From NCBI GenBank assembly GCA_965112735.1, contig OZ218950.1, forward strand, positions 3,782,001 to 3,846,000: DNA of 64,000 nucleotides, in the 5' to 3' direction. Below the pieces are notes generated by a model that was given only the letters and a program-made list of their open reading frames with translations, was not told the DNA's origin and did no database searches. Shown here one piece after another: positions 1 to 12,217 of the stretch. Made by a program: the position numbers and the translations under genes. This DNA is from Phaeosaccion multiseriatum. Taxonomy: Eukaryota; Protista; Ochrophyta, other classes. How positions within the stretch are numbered: position 1 is the first letter of the stretch; each line of letters begins with the position of its first letter.

Positions 1-3000
1 TCTGCAGCGGTGATCTTTCCCTCCCTCAACCCCTCCACCGCCCCTGCTGCGAGGGCCTCTCGACCGCCAGAAGCAGAGGCCTGTGTGCAGAAGAGAGAGA
101 GGGAGAAGGAAGGAAGAGTCAAAGAAGAAAGAGAGGGGGGGGGAGAGCGAGAGGAGAGAGAAGGAACAGAGGGAGACAGACAGAGAGGAGAGACAGAGAA
201 AGAGAAGAGAGAGAGAGAAGTAGTATAGTGCACGCCCATACAAACATTTGCCGTCAGCGAGCGAAAAGATTGTGCAGAGGAAGAGCCGAGAGGGAGAGAT
301 AGAGAGAGGGAGAGACAGGCAGACAGTCAAACAGTCAGGCAGACAGTCAGACAGGCAGGGAAAATGCCGCAAAAACACACACACGCATTTGGCATCCCTC
401 CAGCTTTCTATGTCTCTCTCTTCCCTCCTTTCCCCGTTCTCTCTCCTCCCTCGTCCACCCCTCTCCTCTCTCTCTCTCTGTCTCTCCCCCTCTCTCCCTC
501 TCCTTCCCTCTCCCTCCCTGCCCCCCCCCCTCCCTCTCCCGTCCCCTGTTTGTACTGTCCTCCGCTCACCTGAGACGCAGCGCTTCCACCGTCCTTGCGG
601 CCCTTCTCCAGCTCACTGGCACGCGAATATGGCGACAAAGCGGCACGTTGTGAGTGCTGGTATTTTACACTCTCACCCCCTCCCTCCCTCCTTCCCTCTC
701 TCCTCCCTCCTTCCCTCCCTCCCTCCCCTCTTTCCTTCCTTCCTCCCTCCCTCCCTCCCTCCCCCCCTCCCTCCCTTCCTCTCCTCCCTCCCTCCCTCCC
801 TCCCTTCATCCCTCCCTCCCTCCCTCCCTCCTCTCTCCCTCCCTCCTTCCCTCCTTCCCTCCCTCCCTCCCTCCCTCCCTTCCTCCCTCCCCTCCCCTCC
901 TTCCTTCCTTCCCTCCATCCATCCTTCCTTCCCCCCTTCTTCCCTCCCTTCCTCCTCTTCCCTCCCTTCCTCCCTCCCCTCCTCCCTCCCTTCCTTCCTC
1001 CCTTCCCTCCTTCCTCCCTCCGTTCATGTCCAAACAGCGCCCTCGACCCATCCCTACCTACCCCAAATTGACTTGTCACAGCTCTACCGAACTCCACAGG
1101 GCATCATCATCAGACTCGAACTCACCCTTGCACGAATACAGCGAGCGCGCGTATCTTCGTCCTGAGATCCGGATCAAGCCGCATGACCTTCTTCCCCTTT
1201 ATAATGTCTGATTGGAAAGTCCTCCCGCCAAGCATCTTCTTCAGACCCTGCATGACGTTCACCTTTTCCCTAATTTTGAGCGAGATCCTTACATAGTGGC
1301 CCCTCCAGAGGGTCTGTAGGTAACGAGCGCTGTGGTGGAGGTAGAGCAGTCTGCCGTACAGAGATCGAGTGGCGAAGCCTCGCCAGACCTTCTGGATACG
1401 GGTGGCCACGTTGTTTTGCCTTTGTTGTTGTTGTTGTTGTTGTTGTTGTTTTACGCGGGAAAGGAAAGGAAAGGAAAGTAAAGGACAGTGGGAGTGGGGG
1501 AAGGTGAGTGGAGGGGGTGAAGGTGAGTGGAGTGGAAGCGAGTGGAGTGGAGCGGAAGCACCACTATAGAAGGAGAAGAGAGAGAGATATTGCCCAGGGC
1601 TGATAAGGAAGGCAGGGCCACACCAAGGCCTCACGCACGCACACACGCACGTGCACACGCACGCACGCTCACATCCCATTCGTATACTTACCTGCGACGA
1701 AGAAAGTCTCTGGCGCAGCGGCGGATTGTTGCCCCCGCTCTGAAACGCCTCCTTCGCAGCACTTTGGCAGGATTTTGCTCCTCAAGCCGCCGGAACAGGA
1801 AGGCCTTAAAGTACCTACGTGTGCATTTGTGCGTGTGTACATTAGCGCAGAAGTGAGTTGAGAGAGAGAGGTAGAGAGAGGGAGAGGGAGATAGAGGGGG
1901 AAAGAGAGAGGGAGAGAGGGAGAGAGAGAGAGGAAGAGAGGGAGAGAGGGAGGGAGGGAGAGGGCGAGGGAGAGGGCGAAGGAGAGAGGGAGAGAGGGGA
2001 GAGGAAGGGAGGAAAGAGGGAGGGAGACGGAGAGAAGGAGGGAGAGGGAGGGGGAGAGAGAGAGGGAGGGAGGCAGGGAGAGAGAGGGAGGGAGGGAGGG
2101 AGGGAGAGAGAAGAATACAGAGACGAGTGTGCACAAGAAGAGCAAGAGAGAGAGTAAGAACGACAACAAGAGAGAGAGCAAGAGAGAGAACAAGAGAGAG
2201 AGAACGAGAGAGAGCAAGACAGAGAGCTCTTCGCCCGAAGGCACAAAGCACGAGGCCTTGCCTTGCCTCCCCCTCACTCACTCACTCACTCACTCACTCA
2301 CCTCAGGACGATGATCAGCGCCTTCTGCCGCACAGCCCTCGTGCGAGCCAGAAATCCGCGCCCGAGCTTGGCAATGATCTTCTGCGCACGGTCCTCCTCC
2401 ATTTGGCGAGCAAGGACCGCGCTTGGCCACTGCCTGTAGCGATAGTGAGCCCCATCGGTCGGGGTGACACGGAAGGTGGAGCAGCGTCCACCGCCAGCTG
2501 TGACATTCTTGATGGACAGCGAATGTCGAGCTCGGGTAGGAGTAGTGAGGGAGGAGGAGGAGGAGGATGAGGAGGAGGAGTAGGAGATGAGGCCTGCGAC
2601 GATGGACTCGTTGAGGTGCGGACTGCCTCGGACGGAGAGGTGAACGAGCTCGGGACTGGCCCCCAGCAACGCGGCTTGAGAGGGGAGTGAAGGGAGGAGA
2701 GAGAGGGAGGGAGGGAGGGGGGGAGGGAGGGAGGGAGGGAGAGAGGGAGTTAGATTATATAGTGGGTGGGTGAGGGTAGACGTGGGGCAGAGGCAAAGGA
2801 GAGTAGGGGGGGAGGAGAGGAGACGGGCCCACAACATGAGGCATTGGTGGGCATGGGGCTGGTGTGTGTGTGAGTGTGTGGGTACCCATGCATATGCCTC
2901 CATCACACCCTCCTCCTCCTCCTCCTCCTCCTCCTCTTACTTACCGAGGCCTTCGGGCGAGAGGTGCCTACAGCACGCTAGCTCCGCCCTTTGCAGTTGT

Positions 3001-6000
3001 GGGAAGCTCTCGCCCATGAGTCCTTCCCCCGTGAGCCCCTCGTGTCCATCGAGACAGACCTTCCTCAGCGAGCGGCACCCCCTCGACAGCTCAACCAGTG
3101 CCGCGTCGCTCAAGGAAGGCGGCAAGTGGCTCTTATCCGCCGTGAAGAAGGAAGGCATGTGCAGGGCTGCCCCTCCTCCTCCTTCTCCTCCTCTTCTCCC
3201 GCGTTTGCCCGCAGCAGGCCTGCCCACCAGCCGAGAGAGGGTGAGCTCCTCCAGCCTGCTGCAGCCCCTTGCCAGCAGCGATACACCTCCATCTTCCCCT
3301 GAAGCACAACCGTCAAGTTGCAGCACTTGAAGCAGAGGGGAGTGGTCTGCGAGATGGCCAAGGCTCACGCCAGTCACCTTGGGGAGGCAGAGAGAGAGGG
3401 AGTGATTGAGGTTGTGAGTGAGTGAGTGAGTGAGTGAGTGAGTGAGTGAGTGAGCGAGTGAGTGAGCGAGAAAGTGAGGAGAGGAGGGAGTGGGTGTGAG
3501 AGAGGGAGGAGAATTGGGCCCAGGGACAGATCCAGCAAGCAAGCAAGCACGTAAGCAGCACCTTGGGGCTCCTGCTTAGGCGTAGCTCGGAGAGTCGCGG
3601 TGCGTGCCTCAGCAGCAGCGCCAGGCAAGCGTCGTCGAGCTTAGGCAGACCCCTTGCAGTGAAACGCTTGAGTTGCGGCAGCCACACCGCCTCCTCGTCA
3701 GTCTCCACCCAGCCCTCTGCGGCAGAGAGCGCGTCATCCCACGCGGAGCGGCCCCCCATGGAGCCGAAACTCACACTCGTCGCCGAAGAGGAAGCTTGCG
3801 CAGTAGCGGGGCTACAGGATCGCTTTCCCGAGACGGTGTTGCTAAAGTTGGCGCCCGAGGGTCGGTGGGCGGGTCGGGGTGCCAGCAGAGCTCGGAAGGA
3901 GGATATGTCGACGTCCACATGTCCGCTTATGTCGAAGTCTTCCAGGAGCGGGCAGCTGCACAACACCAGGCTCACCACAGCGGCGGTCCCCACCGTGGTG
4001 CTCTGGTTGTCACAACACTCACTGCTTCTGCTGCCTGTATGACTGCTGTCGCTGCTCGTACTCTTGGAATGGGAGTGGTAGGGGTCCTCCCTCCCCAAAT
4101 TGATACCCGCACCCCCTCGGATATACGACAAGTCCAACACACGGAGTCGGTAGCCCACGCTGCGTACAAAGAACCCCACCGAGGTGGCCGACACAACCCG
4201 ACAGCAGCCGAGACGCAGCTCCTCCAACGCAGCGCAGTTGCTCGCCAAGGCCATGACCTCGGGGTCTGTAACAGCATCAACAGGACCGCAGCCGCTCAAG
4301 TGGAGGGAGCGCAACCCAGTGCAGCCGGTACAGATCCAGGCGACTGCGGTAGCGCAGAGGGAGGGGCAGTGGGAGAGGTCGAGGTGGAGGAGGCTGGGGA
4401 AAGCCCTGGCCATTTCGGGCCCCTCTCCTCCGAAGCCTGAGTCGCGCATTCGTAGCTCCTGGTCTGGGACTGTGTTGTGCCCACGCACACACACACATAC
4501 AGACATGGAGGGAGAGAGGGAGAGAGGCAAACATTGGTTCGAATGAGGGAGTAGAGAGGGGAAGGAATATGGCAGTCGAGAGAGGAAGCCCGTGAGTGAG
4601 TGAGGTCGGGTCTGGGCCTCTGACGTATCGGAGAGTGCATGACTGGACCACCTGCTTCTTCTACGAACCACTCCTATGGCAGGCAGACGTCAGGGTGCTC
4701 CTTGCAAAGGCAGCCTCCGCTCCACTCCACTCCAGTCCATTCCACCCCACCGCACTGCGTTGCACACGTACCGGAGTCAAAGAGAGGGAGGTCCTGCTGC
4801 TCCTGCCGCAGCCGCTCGATGTACCTCATTCTGCGCGCATTCCTTGCGTCTTGCAGCCTCCGCGCCTCATGCCCGCCCCCCTCTCGGAAAACCCTCCCGC
4901 GCACCTGCCTGCAGCCTTGCAGATCGAGCCACTCCAGCCCCACACCGTGCTGGAGCAGGGCACCCACCCCCACGTCTCCCACATGAGGGCAGCCTCGGCA
5001 CTTGACGACTTTCAAGCAAGCTCCACAGGCGAGAGCGAGGGCCGTCAGCCCGCTGTCCGTCACCTCTGTGGCGAAGCTCAGATCAATCTCCCGAAGAGGA
5101 GCCCCTCCCCGGCTGCAGGAGCGTCCGATGCCCGTGAGGTGCAGGTCGCTGAGGCCCGGACAGTGTGCCAGATTGAGCGTGTGCAGACGCATGGCATTCT
5201 CCAGGATGGAGGCCAGACCCTCGGGGTCAAGGAAGCAGTACCACTCCTTATCATCCTTCTCTCCTCCTTCCGCCAGTTCCTTCTTGTTCTCTTCTTCATC
5301 CACCGAAGCTCCCTCGCCCCCAGAGTCCGACATGGAGGGACGGCTCTCGTCGCCGTTGTTGAAGCCGTGCTTCCGCAGCTTCAGCCACGAGAAGGACAGG
5401 TCAAGAGTCCCAAGTTGAGGGACCAGCACTGCGAGGGAGTGAGCAAAGGAAGAGCCAATGTCGGCGCGATGTGTGATCCGGAGAACCTGAGCGCGAACGT
5501 TGGGGCAACATGTACGCATAGACTGTCAACGAGGGCACCATCACCATGAAGGAGTAGCGAAGGAAGAGGTTGCCTGCGAACGCCCGAAAAGAATCTTCCC
5601 TGCCCCCCCCCCCCTTCCCGAACTCGCCCACACCCACACCACACAGCCTTCTCTCGCTCTCGTCGGGAGAGCTGACATTACGTATATCGTTTACCTGCAA
5701 GCCCGGGCTTTCTCTCCAAAGTAGGTCTACGGTCTCAGGGGCCAGTGCCCAGGCCGACAGGTCCACCTCTCGAACAGGGTCTCCCACCGTGTGCTCGGGA
5801 AGGTACACTAGCTTGCCGTCGGCTCGGAAGTGGTAGGCACAGGAGCCAAGGCGCGGGGGCATGACCTGGGTGGCGTAGAAGGGCTTCGGCGGGCCCTCAC
5901 TGTCAGGGTCGTCGTCTTCCTCCGCCATGATCTCTATAAGGGCTTCCATGACCTCTTCTTCTTGTGCTGCAGCCGCCTTGGGTCGCGCTAGGCCCTCTGC

Positions 6001-6507
6001 TGCTGTGAGAACTGACCCCGATGCCGCCCCCTCGCTGTGAGGCGGTGTGGCATTGGAGAGGGACTCGATTAAGCGTGCCTCATCGATGGGCCCCTCCATT
6101 TTCTTCTGTCCCATAGTGCCCTTCCATCTTCTCTCCCTTCTCTTGCGCAACTCTCTCTTCACAGCACTGATCTCAGCCTCCAGGTCGCCGCGATCACCAC
6201 GATTGTGAACGGGTTTGACGCGTCTTCCTGGCCCACGCTCGTGCTTGCTCTGACGCTGCTGCTGCTGCTGCTGAGGCGGTAGTGGCGACGGGTTCTCATG
6301 AGGAGGCTCATGGTGTCCAGCACTACTCCCCGCGCGCTTCCGTTTGAGTCGTAGTGAGCCAGGGGAGACTTGAGAGACAGGAAGGTTGGGGCCAAGGGCT
6401 TTGACGCCCATGCTGCTGCCGCCAATAGTACCTACTCCATCGTCCACAGCAGCAGAGGCGGAATCCTGCTGCTTCTTCTCGCCCTTTAAGCCATGATCGC
6501 ACGCCAT
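1..6507 (-). CDS. Multi-exon leucine-rich-repeat (cysteine-containing, F-box/AMN1-like LRR) protein with C-terminal IQ calmodulin-binding motifs; 3' end runs off the window
   Basis: LRR-CC repeats in successive exons: LHTLNLAHCPGLSD, LREIDLSFATEVTDSGL, LEWLDLQGC, LLHLDLSHCPSL, LEELRLGCC, LQVLQLDGC. IQ-like motifs: ATRIQKVWRGFATR, ARYLQTLWRGHYVR, AQKIIAKLGRGFLAR. Introns are filled with CT/GA microsatellites. The start codon is uncertain (ATG at 6507, or an upstream exon). Confidence 0.75.
678..1022. repeat. (CCCT/CCTT)n microsatellite, intronic
   Basis: Directly visible. Confidence 0.97.
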
Positions 6508-6980
6508 TTAGTCCATCGTCCGCGAAATGTAAATCGAAACGATGAAGTGGGCGTGTTGGTTGCCGGGGTTGGCTCACAGGTTGCCGAACATCCTCCCGCC
6601 ACCAGGGTGCTCTTAGCTCGGGACGGAAGGTCATGGCAGGGAGGGGGGGGGATCCGTGCACACACTCTAGTAGAACTCCCCAGTGGCAGCCCACCTTCTT
6701 GGGCGGCCGGCCTGTCCCTCCTAACGCCCTTTGCGCGGAGGGGCAGGTTGGTCCTGGCGCGAGTTCTCCCTTGTTCGGCGGCAGTCGCTTCGGCGGCCTC
6801 CGCCGTTCGGGGTCTACTCTTGGTTCTCCAATCGTGCACGCGTCCCCCCTCCTCCCCACCTTGACACTCTCGTCTCACACACACACCCACACACACACTT
6901 TCAGTTTCAGTTTCTCAGGTGATTCCTCTTAAGTCAATATATGTCCACCAGGACACCCCCCCTCTTCCCTGTACTGTAGC

Positions 6981-9716
6981 ATGGCGCTACTTATCTTACC
7001 ATGCCTTGTGCTGGCAAGTACCACAACGGGGGCGTCCTCAGCCTCCACAGAAATGACGACCCTGGCAGCTCTCGCGGGCGAGGCGTTTGCTCCCCTGATC
7101 ACGCTCTCAGCAGACTCCGAGGCAAGCGGCGTGCTCGCAGCCTGGGCAATTTCTAACGAGCAGAAAGGGGGCGCTACGTTCGGCGAAGCTGTGGCGAGGG
7201 AGAGAGCGGTGGTTGAGCGCGTGAATGGCGGCCAGTGGCCCGCTGAGGCTTACAGCGCGTACCAGTACCTCACCGCCTCGCGTGGTCAGTTGGACAGTGG
7301 GCATCTCCTTCTCCAGTACGGCATTTATCCAGCAGTCTTGTTTGTAATGGACCACGCTGAAGAGTACCCTCTTCATGCTGCTGCAGCTCGGGGAGACCTT
7401 GCTGCTTTGCGCGCGGGCCTGCGTGGGCATGGAAATAGTATCTACGCTACTGCCAATGAAGATGAGGAGGGTGATGGTGCTGATGAAGAGCATGGCGGTG
7501 ACCATGCTGCGAAGAATCATGTCAATGACAGCGCCGCTGCGACCGGCGTCACGGCCCTGCACTGTGCCTGCCTGGCCGAGAACGAAGAGGTGGCCGCCTC
7601 TGCCGTGACTCTGCTTCTCGCGGAAGGTGGGGCGGATGTGGAGGCTGTCTCTACTAGTGGTGCGACGCCCCTCATGGTAGCGGCGATGGCAGGCAGACCC
7701 ACGGTGCTGCGCGCTCTCCTACAATTCAGGGACGATGGCGAAGAAGAAGAAGAAGAAGGCGGGGCAAGTGTGGATGTGAATGCGAAGCACCCGTTCGCTG
7801 GAAACACTGCGCTTCACTTTGCCAGTGAGAGCTTCTCAGCGGAGGCGGTAAGGTGAGTAAAGATCCCGGGTGGTTTGTGCGTCCTGCAGCAAGCGAATGT
7901 TGCGCTCGCGCGATGAGGCTCCAGTCCTTTCGAAACGCTCTCCGTCTCCGTGTATCTGCTACTCACGCCGTTGGCCGGCTTCGACCCTTCGCTCTTTGTC
8001 TTGTCTTTATCTAACCAGAGTCTTGTGCGAGTACGGCGCGAACGTGGAGGCTATGACCGACGGAACGCTGAGCGCTCCGCTCTTCACGGCCATCGACACC
8101 AACAATGCAGCCAAAGCCGCGGCCCTCCTCGCGCCCCCCTGCAGCGCCAGCGTCACTGCCCTCATGAACGGTATGGTGCAGTGCTTTGCCAAGGCAATGG
8201 GAAGGTTTGACGACCGTGGTTACAGACTGTGTGTGTCCTCGGCAGTGTTTGATATTCATCCCAGTGACGTGTCCTCCTCTCTTTCTTTCTTGCGTTCTTC
8301 CGCACTATTTACTATTTCCTAGGCGACACATCGGCGCTGTACCTGGCGGCGTCCAACGGCTTCCATCAAGTAGTGGAGGTGCTGCTCAAGGCCGGGGCAG
8401 ACCCCAACTTTGCCATGCCTGACACAGGGGTCGCCACGGCCTCTACGGGTACCTCGTCTCGCCAGCTCCTCTCGAGCAGGGATGATGGTGTTGCTTTTGG
8501 AGGGGATGTTGCTCCGGTGAGCCTCAACACGGAGGTTGGGGTAGGGGCCCAGCCGCTCCACGCTGCCGCGGAGAATGGCCACCTGCGAACGTTGCGGGCG
8601 CTTATTCGGGGAGGGGCAGACGTGAATTCCATATCCATGGGGGTCACGCCACTCATGCTGACTGCGCAATACGGCCGAGCGGCGCTGGTCATGCCTCTGG
8701 TCAGGGCGGGGGCGGAGGTGGAGGCACGCAGCGAGTTGGACGGCTCCACGGCTCTGTACTCGGCGGCCGGCTTGGGCTTTGTCGAGACGGTGGAGGTGCT
8801 CTTGGGTGAGGCCAATGCCGACCCCAGTGCCACGCAGAGGCGCAGCGGGGCGACCCCGCTTCTCTACGCCGCGGCCATGGGGCATGTGGAGGTGGTGCAG
8901 CTGCTGATGAAATCTGTTCAGCGTGTGGAGAGCAGCTGCGGTGGGGGGGGGCTGTGGCTGACGGATGATGAGGGCAATACCCCGCTGCATCTCGCTGCTG
9001 AGCGACGGCAGTGGCGCGTGGTGCAGGCTCTCGTAAAGGCAGGTGGGGGGGCTTTGACGGGACTCGGGCTGGCGGCGGGTGCGTGGGCCCTTCACACGGC
9101 AGCGCTGGACGGAGGGCCCGTGGTGGTCGTCGAGCAGCTCATCGGCAGTGCCGAGGTGGACGTGAATGCGTGGGAAGAGCGAAAGGGCGGCACCCCTCTG
9201 CATTCGGCCATCCGTGGAGCTGCTGCAGCAGCAGCAGCAGCAGCAGCAGGAGACAAGAAAAAACCAAGGCCTCGTTCAAACTCAGACGAAAGCAGCAGTA
9301 GCGAAGACGTTATTCGCCTGCTCTTGGCTGCGGGGGCCAATGTCTCGCTGGAAATGGCCCCTTCTCACGGCAGTGCCACACCCTTGCTATTGGCCATCGA
9401 CGGGGGCCTGTCCTCCGTCGTTCAGCTCCTCCTCTCGGAGGGAAGGGCGCGGCCTGACCAGCGAGCGGCGGGGGGGCAGGGCATGCTGCCTTTGCTGCTC
9501 GCTGTACGGAGAGGCAAGGAGCATATGGTGGAGGCTCTGCTCCTGGCTGGGGCCGAGTGTGACATGCTGCTCGTCACCTCCCAGGGAGGGGAGCCGCAAT
9601 CGCTGCTGGACATTGCCAGAGCCCACCGACACTACGGCGTTATGCAGCTTCTCGCGGACAGGCCAGAGTGTAGCAGCGATGACGCAGACGAGGAGGAGGG
9701 GGAAGCCGAGCTATAG
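6981..9716 (+). CDS. Ankyrin-repeat protein with signal peptide; exons 6981-7852, 8019-8170, 8323-9716
   Basis: Many ankyrin motifs (GVTALHCA, GATPLMVAA, GNTALHFA, GNTPLHLAA, GGTPLHSA). GT-AG junctions join in frame (AVR/VLCEYG; MNG/DTSALY). Hydrophobic N-terminus; C-terminus EAEL. Confidence 0.9.
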
Positions 9717-9965
9717 GAACTGTTGTTATTGTTGTATTTAGGGAGAGACAATACACCTGCTACATGCTCATTGAATTGTCCTCCACTTTCCATTTACACC
9801 CCACCCCCCCCTCCCCTCAGTCGTATTGTATCACAGCCGCCCCCCGTATCTAAAAGAAGAAAATTCTATAGTGATAATGGAGGAGACCAGTCAACACTGC
9901 GGGGACCGCAGTATTCTCTTGCTTGCAAGTCAAGCCAAGCTACGCTCAAGTCACACATTCTCCCC

Positions 9966-11861
9966 TCACATGGCGCCAAGGAACTGCTCGTCCTCCTGCT
10001 CCGCCTCCTGCTTCATGAGCAAGAACTCATCCACCTTGTCCGCGCAGCCCCTGCCCTCATTGATGGCCCACACCACCAGCGACTGCCCCCGGCGACAGTC
10101 CCCTGCCGAGAATACACCCTCCACATTGGTGCGGTAGTCCCCGTGGATGGCATGGAAGTTGTTCCTCTGGTCCAGGTCGAGGTTCAGCTTGGAGCTAATG
10201 TTCTGCTCCGGCGACACAAAGCCCATGGCCAGCACCACGAGGTCGGCGGGCCATTGCTTTTCGCTGCCCGGGATTTTCTTAATGCCATCCTTGGTCACCT
10301 CCACATTGACCGTCTCGAGGCCAGTCACGTTGCCGTCCGCATCCCCCGTGAACTTGGTTGTCATGACGGAGAACTGACGAGGGTCTTCCCCAAAGACGGC
10401 CCGCACCTCTCCGTGGCCATAATCTACGCCGAAAATCTTGGGCCACTGGGGCCAGGGGTTGTTGGCAGCTCGGTCATCGGGCGGGCAGGGAAGCAGCTCA
10501 AAGTTGACGAGACTGCGGCAGCGGTGGCGCATGCTGGTGCCAATGCAGTCGGTGCCCGTGTCCCCACCGCCAATGACAATGACGTCCTTGCCCTCTGCGC
10601 TAATGAAGCCTGACGGGTCCCAGTGGCTCTGCAGGGCGCCCTCCTTGGTGAAGAGGAGTCTCTTTTGGTTCTTGGTGAGGAACTCCATGGCAAAGTGAAT
10701 GCCATTGAACTCCCTGCCCGGCACGGGAAGGTCTCGGGGCAGCGTGGCGCCCACCGTGAGACAGAGGGCATCGTAGGCTCCGCGGAGACTGTTCACGTCC
10801 ACGTCCTCGCCCACATTGGCATTGGTGACAAACTCGATGCCCTCCTCGGACAACAGGTCCACCCTGCGCTGCACCGTGTCCTTGTCGAGCTTCATGTTGG
10901 GGATACCGTACATGAGCAGCCCACCGATGCGGTCCTCGCGCTCGTACACAGTCACCTAATTAATCACCACACGTTGGCCAGGGGGGGGGGGGCAAGGCAT
11001 TCATATGATTGTGAGAGTTGAGTTTGTGGGCAATAAATCTCAGGGTGGGGTACACCATAGAAGATGGCGCTAGATTATGATCATGTTGACCCCACCCCCA
11101 CTACCAACACTTTATAATGCAAGCAGTTACGCCCCGCACCCCGCCTTTCTCTCGCCACACACGGGCCTGCCTCCCTTTACCTTGTGTCCCTTCTGGTTGA
11201 GGCAGTCAGCGGCTGCCAGGCCAGCAGGCCCAGAGCCCACCACGGCCACATTGAAGCCGCTGCGGTAGGTGGGGATGCGGGGGGTGACCCACCCCTCTTC
11301 AAATGCTCGCTCAATGATGCTGTACTCGATACTCTTGATGGTGACGGGCGAGTCCACCAACCCAGCCACGCAGGCCCCCTCACAGGGAGCGGGACAAACC
11401 CTTCCGGTAAACTCTGGGAAGTTGTTGGTCTTATGCAGGCGGTCAATGGCGTCTCGCCACGCGCCCTTGAAGACCAGCTCGTTCCATTCTGGAATGAGAT
11501 TGTTGATTGGGCAGCCTGTGTGCGTCTGGCAGAAAGGGGTCCCACAGTCCATGCACCGCGCGGCCTGAACTGTTCGCTCTACTTCACACTGTCCAGAGCT
11601 GTTAATCTCGCCCCAGTCAAACACTCGCTCCAGAGGGTCTCTGTAAGGGTCCGGGTTACGGTAGTAGTCGATAAAGCCTCGGGTCTTGTCGATCTCGGCA
11701 ATGGTGCCGTCCCTACGCTTCACCTTGGGCGTATTGTCCGTGTCATTCTCATCCCTCCAGATTTCATGGTTTGTGCTGAACGCCCGCTTGTGGCTCACTG
11801 AACGGAACTGCGCCGCGCCGCGAGAGACATTCCTCGCCAAATGTCTACCAGTACCCCACAT
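9966..11861 (-). CDS. gltD: Glutamate synthase NAD(P)H small (beta) subunit, stand-alone, probable mitochondrial presequence; exons 11181-11861 and 9966-10955
   Basis: [13 protein letters not shown]...CP Fe-S motif, [74 protein letters not shown]. Phase-0 intron at 10956-11180. Confidence 0.95.
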
Positions 11862-12217
11862 CGGCGCCGTAGGCTCCTCAACCTCTGTGCGCTGGCTGCT
11901 GCTCTTGACCACCCCCTTCCCCTCCCCAACCTGCTCCTTTCTGCGAGCGCCTCTGGAAATACCGCAGCGCTAGCGGGCTGGGAGAAAAGGCAAGACTAAG
12001 GGTGCTACAACTCTGACCCGATGGGCCCTGGCTCGTCTCCCTGCTGCACGCTGAAGCCGTCCTTTTTGGCTCAAAGGGCTTTATGGAGCCAGAGACGTCA
12101 TACAAAATATGCGTAAAATTACGTAAGACTTAGATTTACTGACTTACGCATTTTCTCCACTTCCCTCCCTTTTCCTCCTCGAGGTGGCCTGGTACTCTTC
12201 TTCTTTCGCGTGGCGCA

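Noticed and set aside
248-2281. Long PPSL/GGRE ORFs (also 19130-20802 and 30487-31578)
   Set aside because: They are translations of CCCT, GA, GGGA and CA microsatellites.
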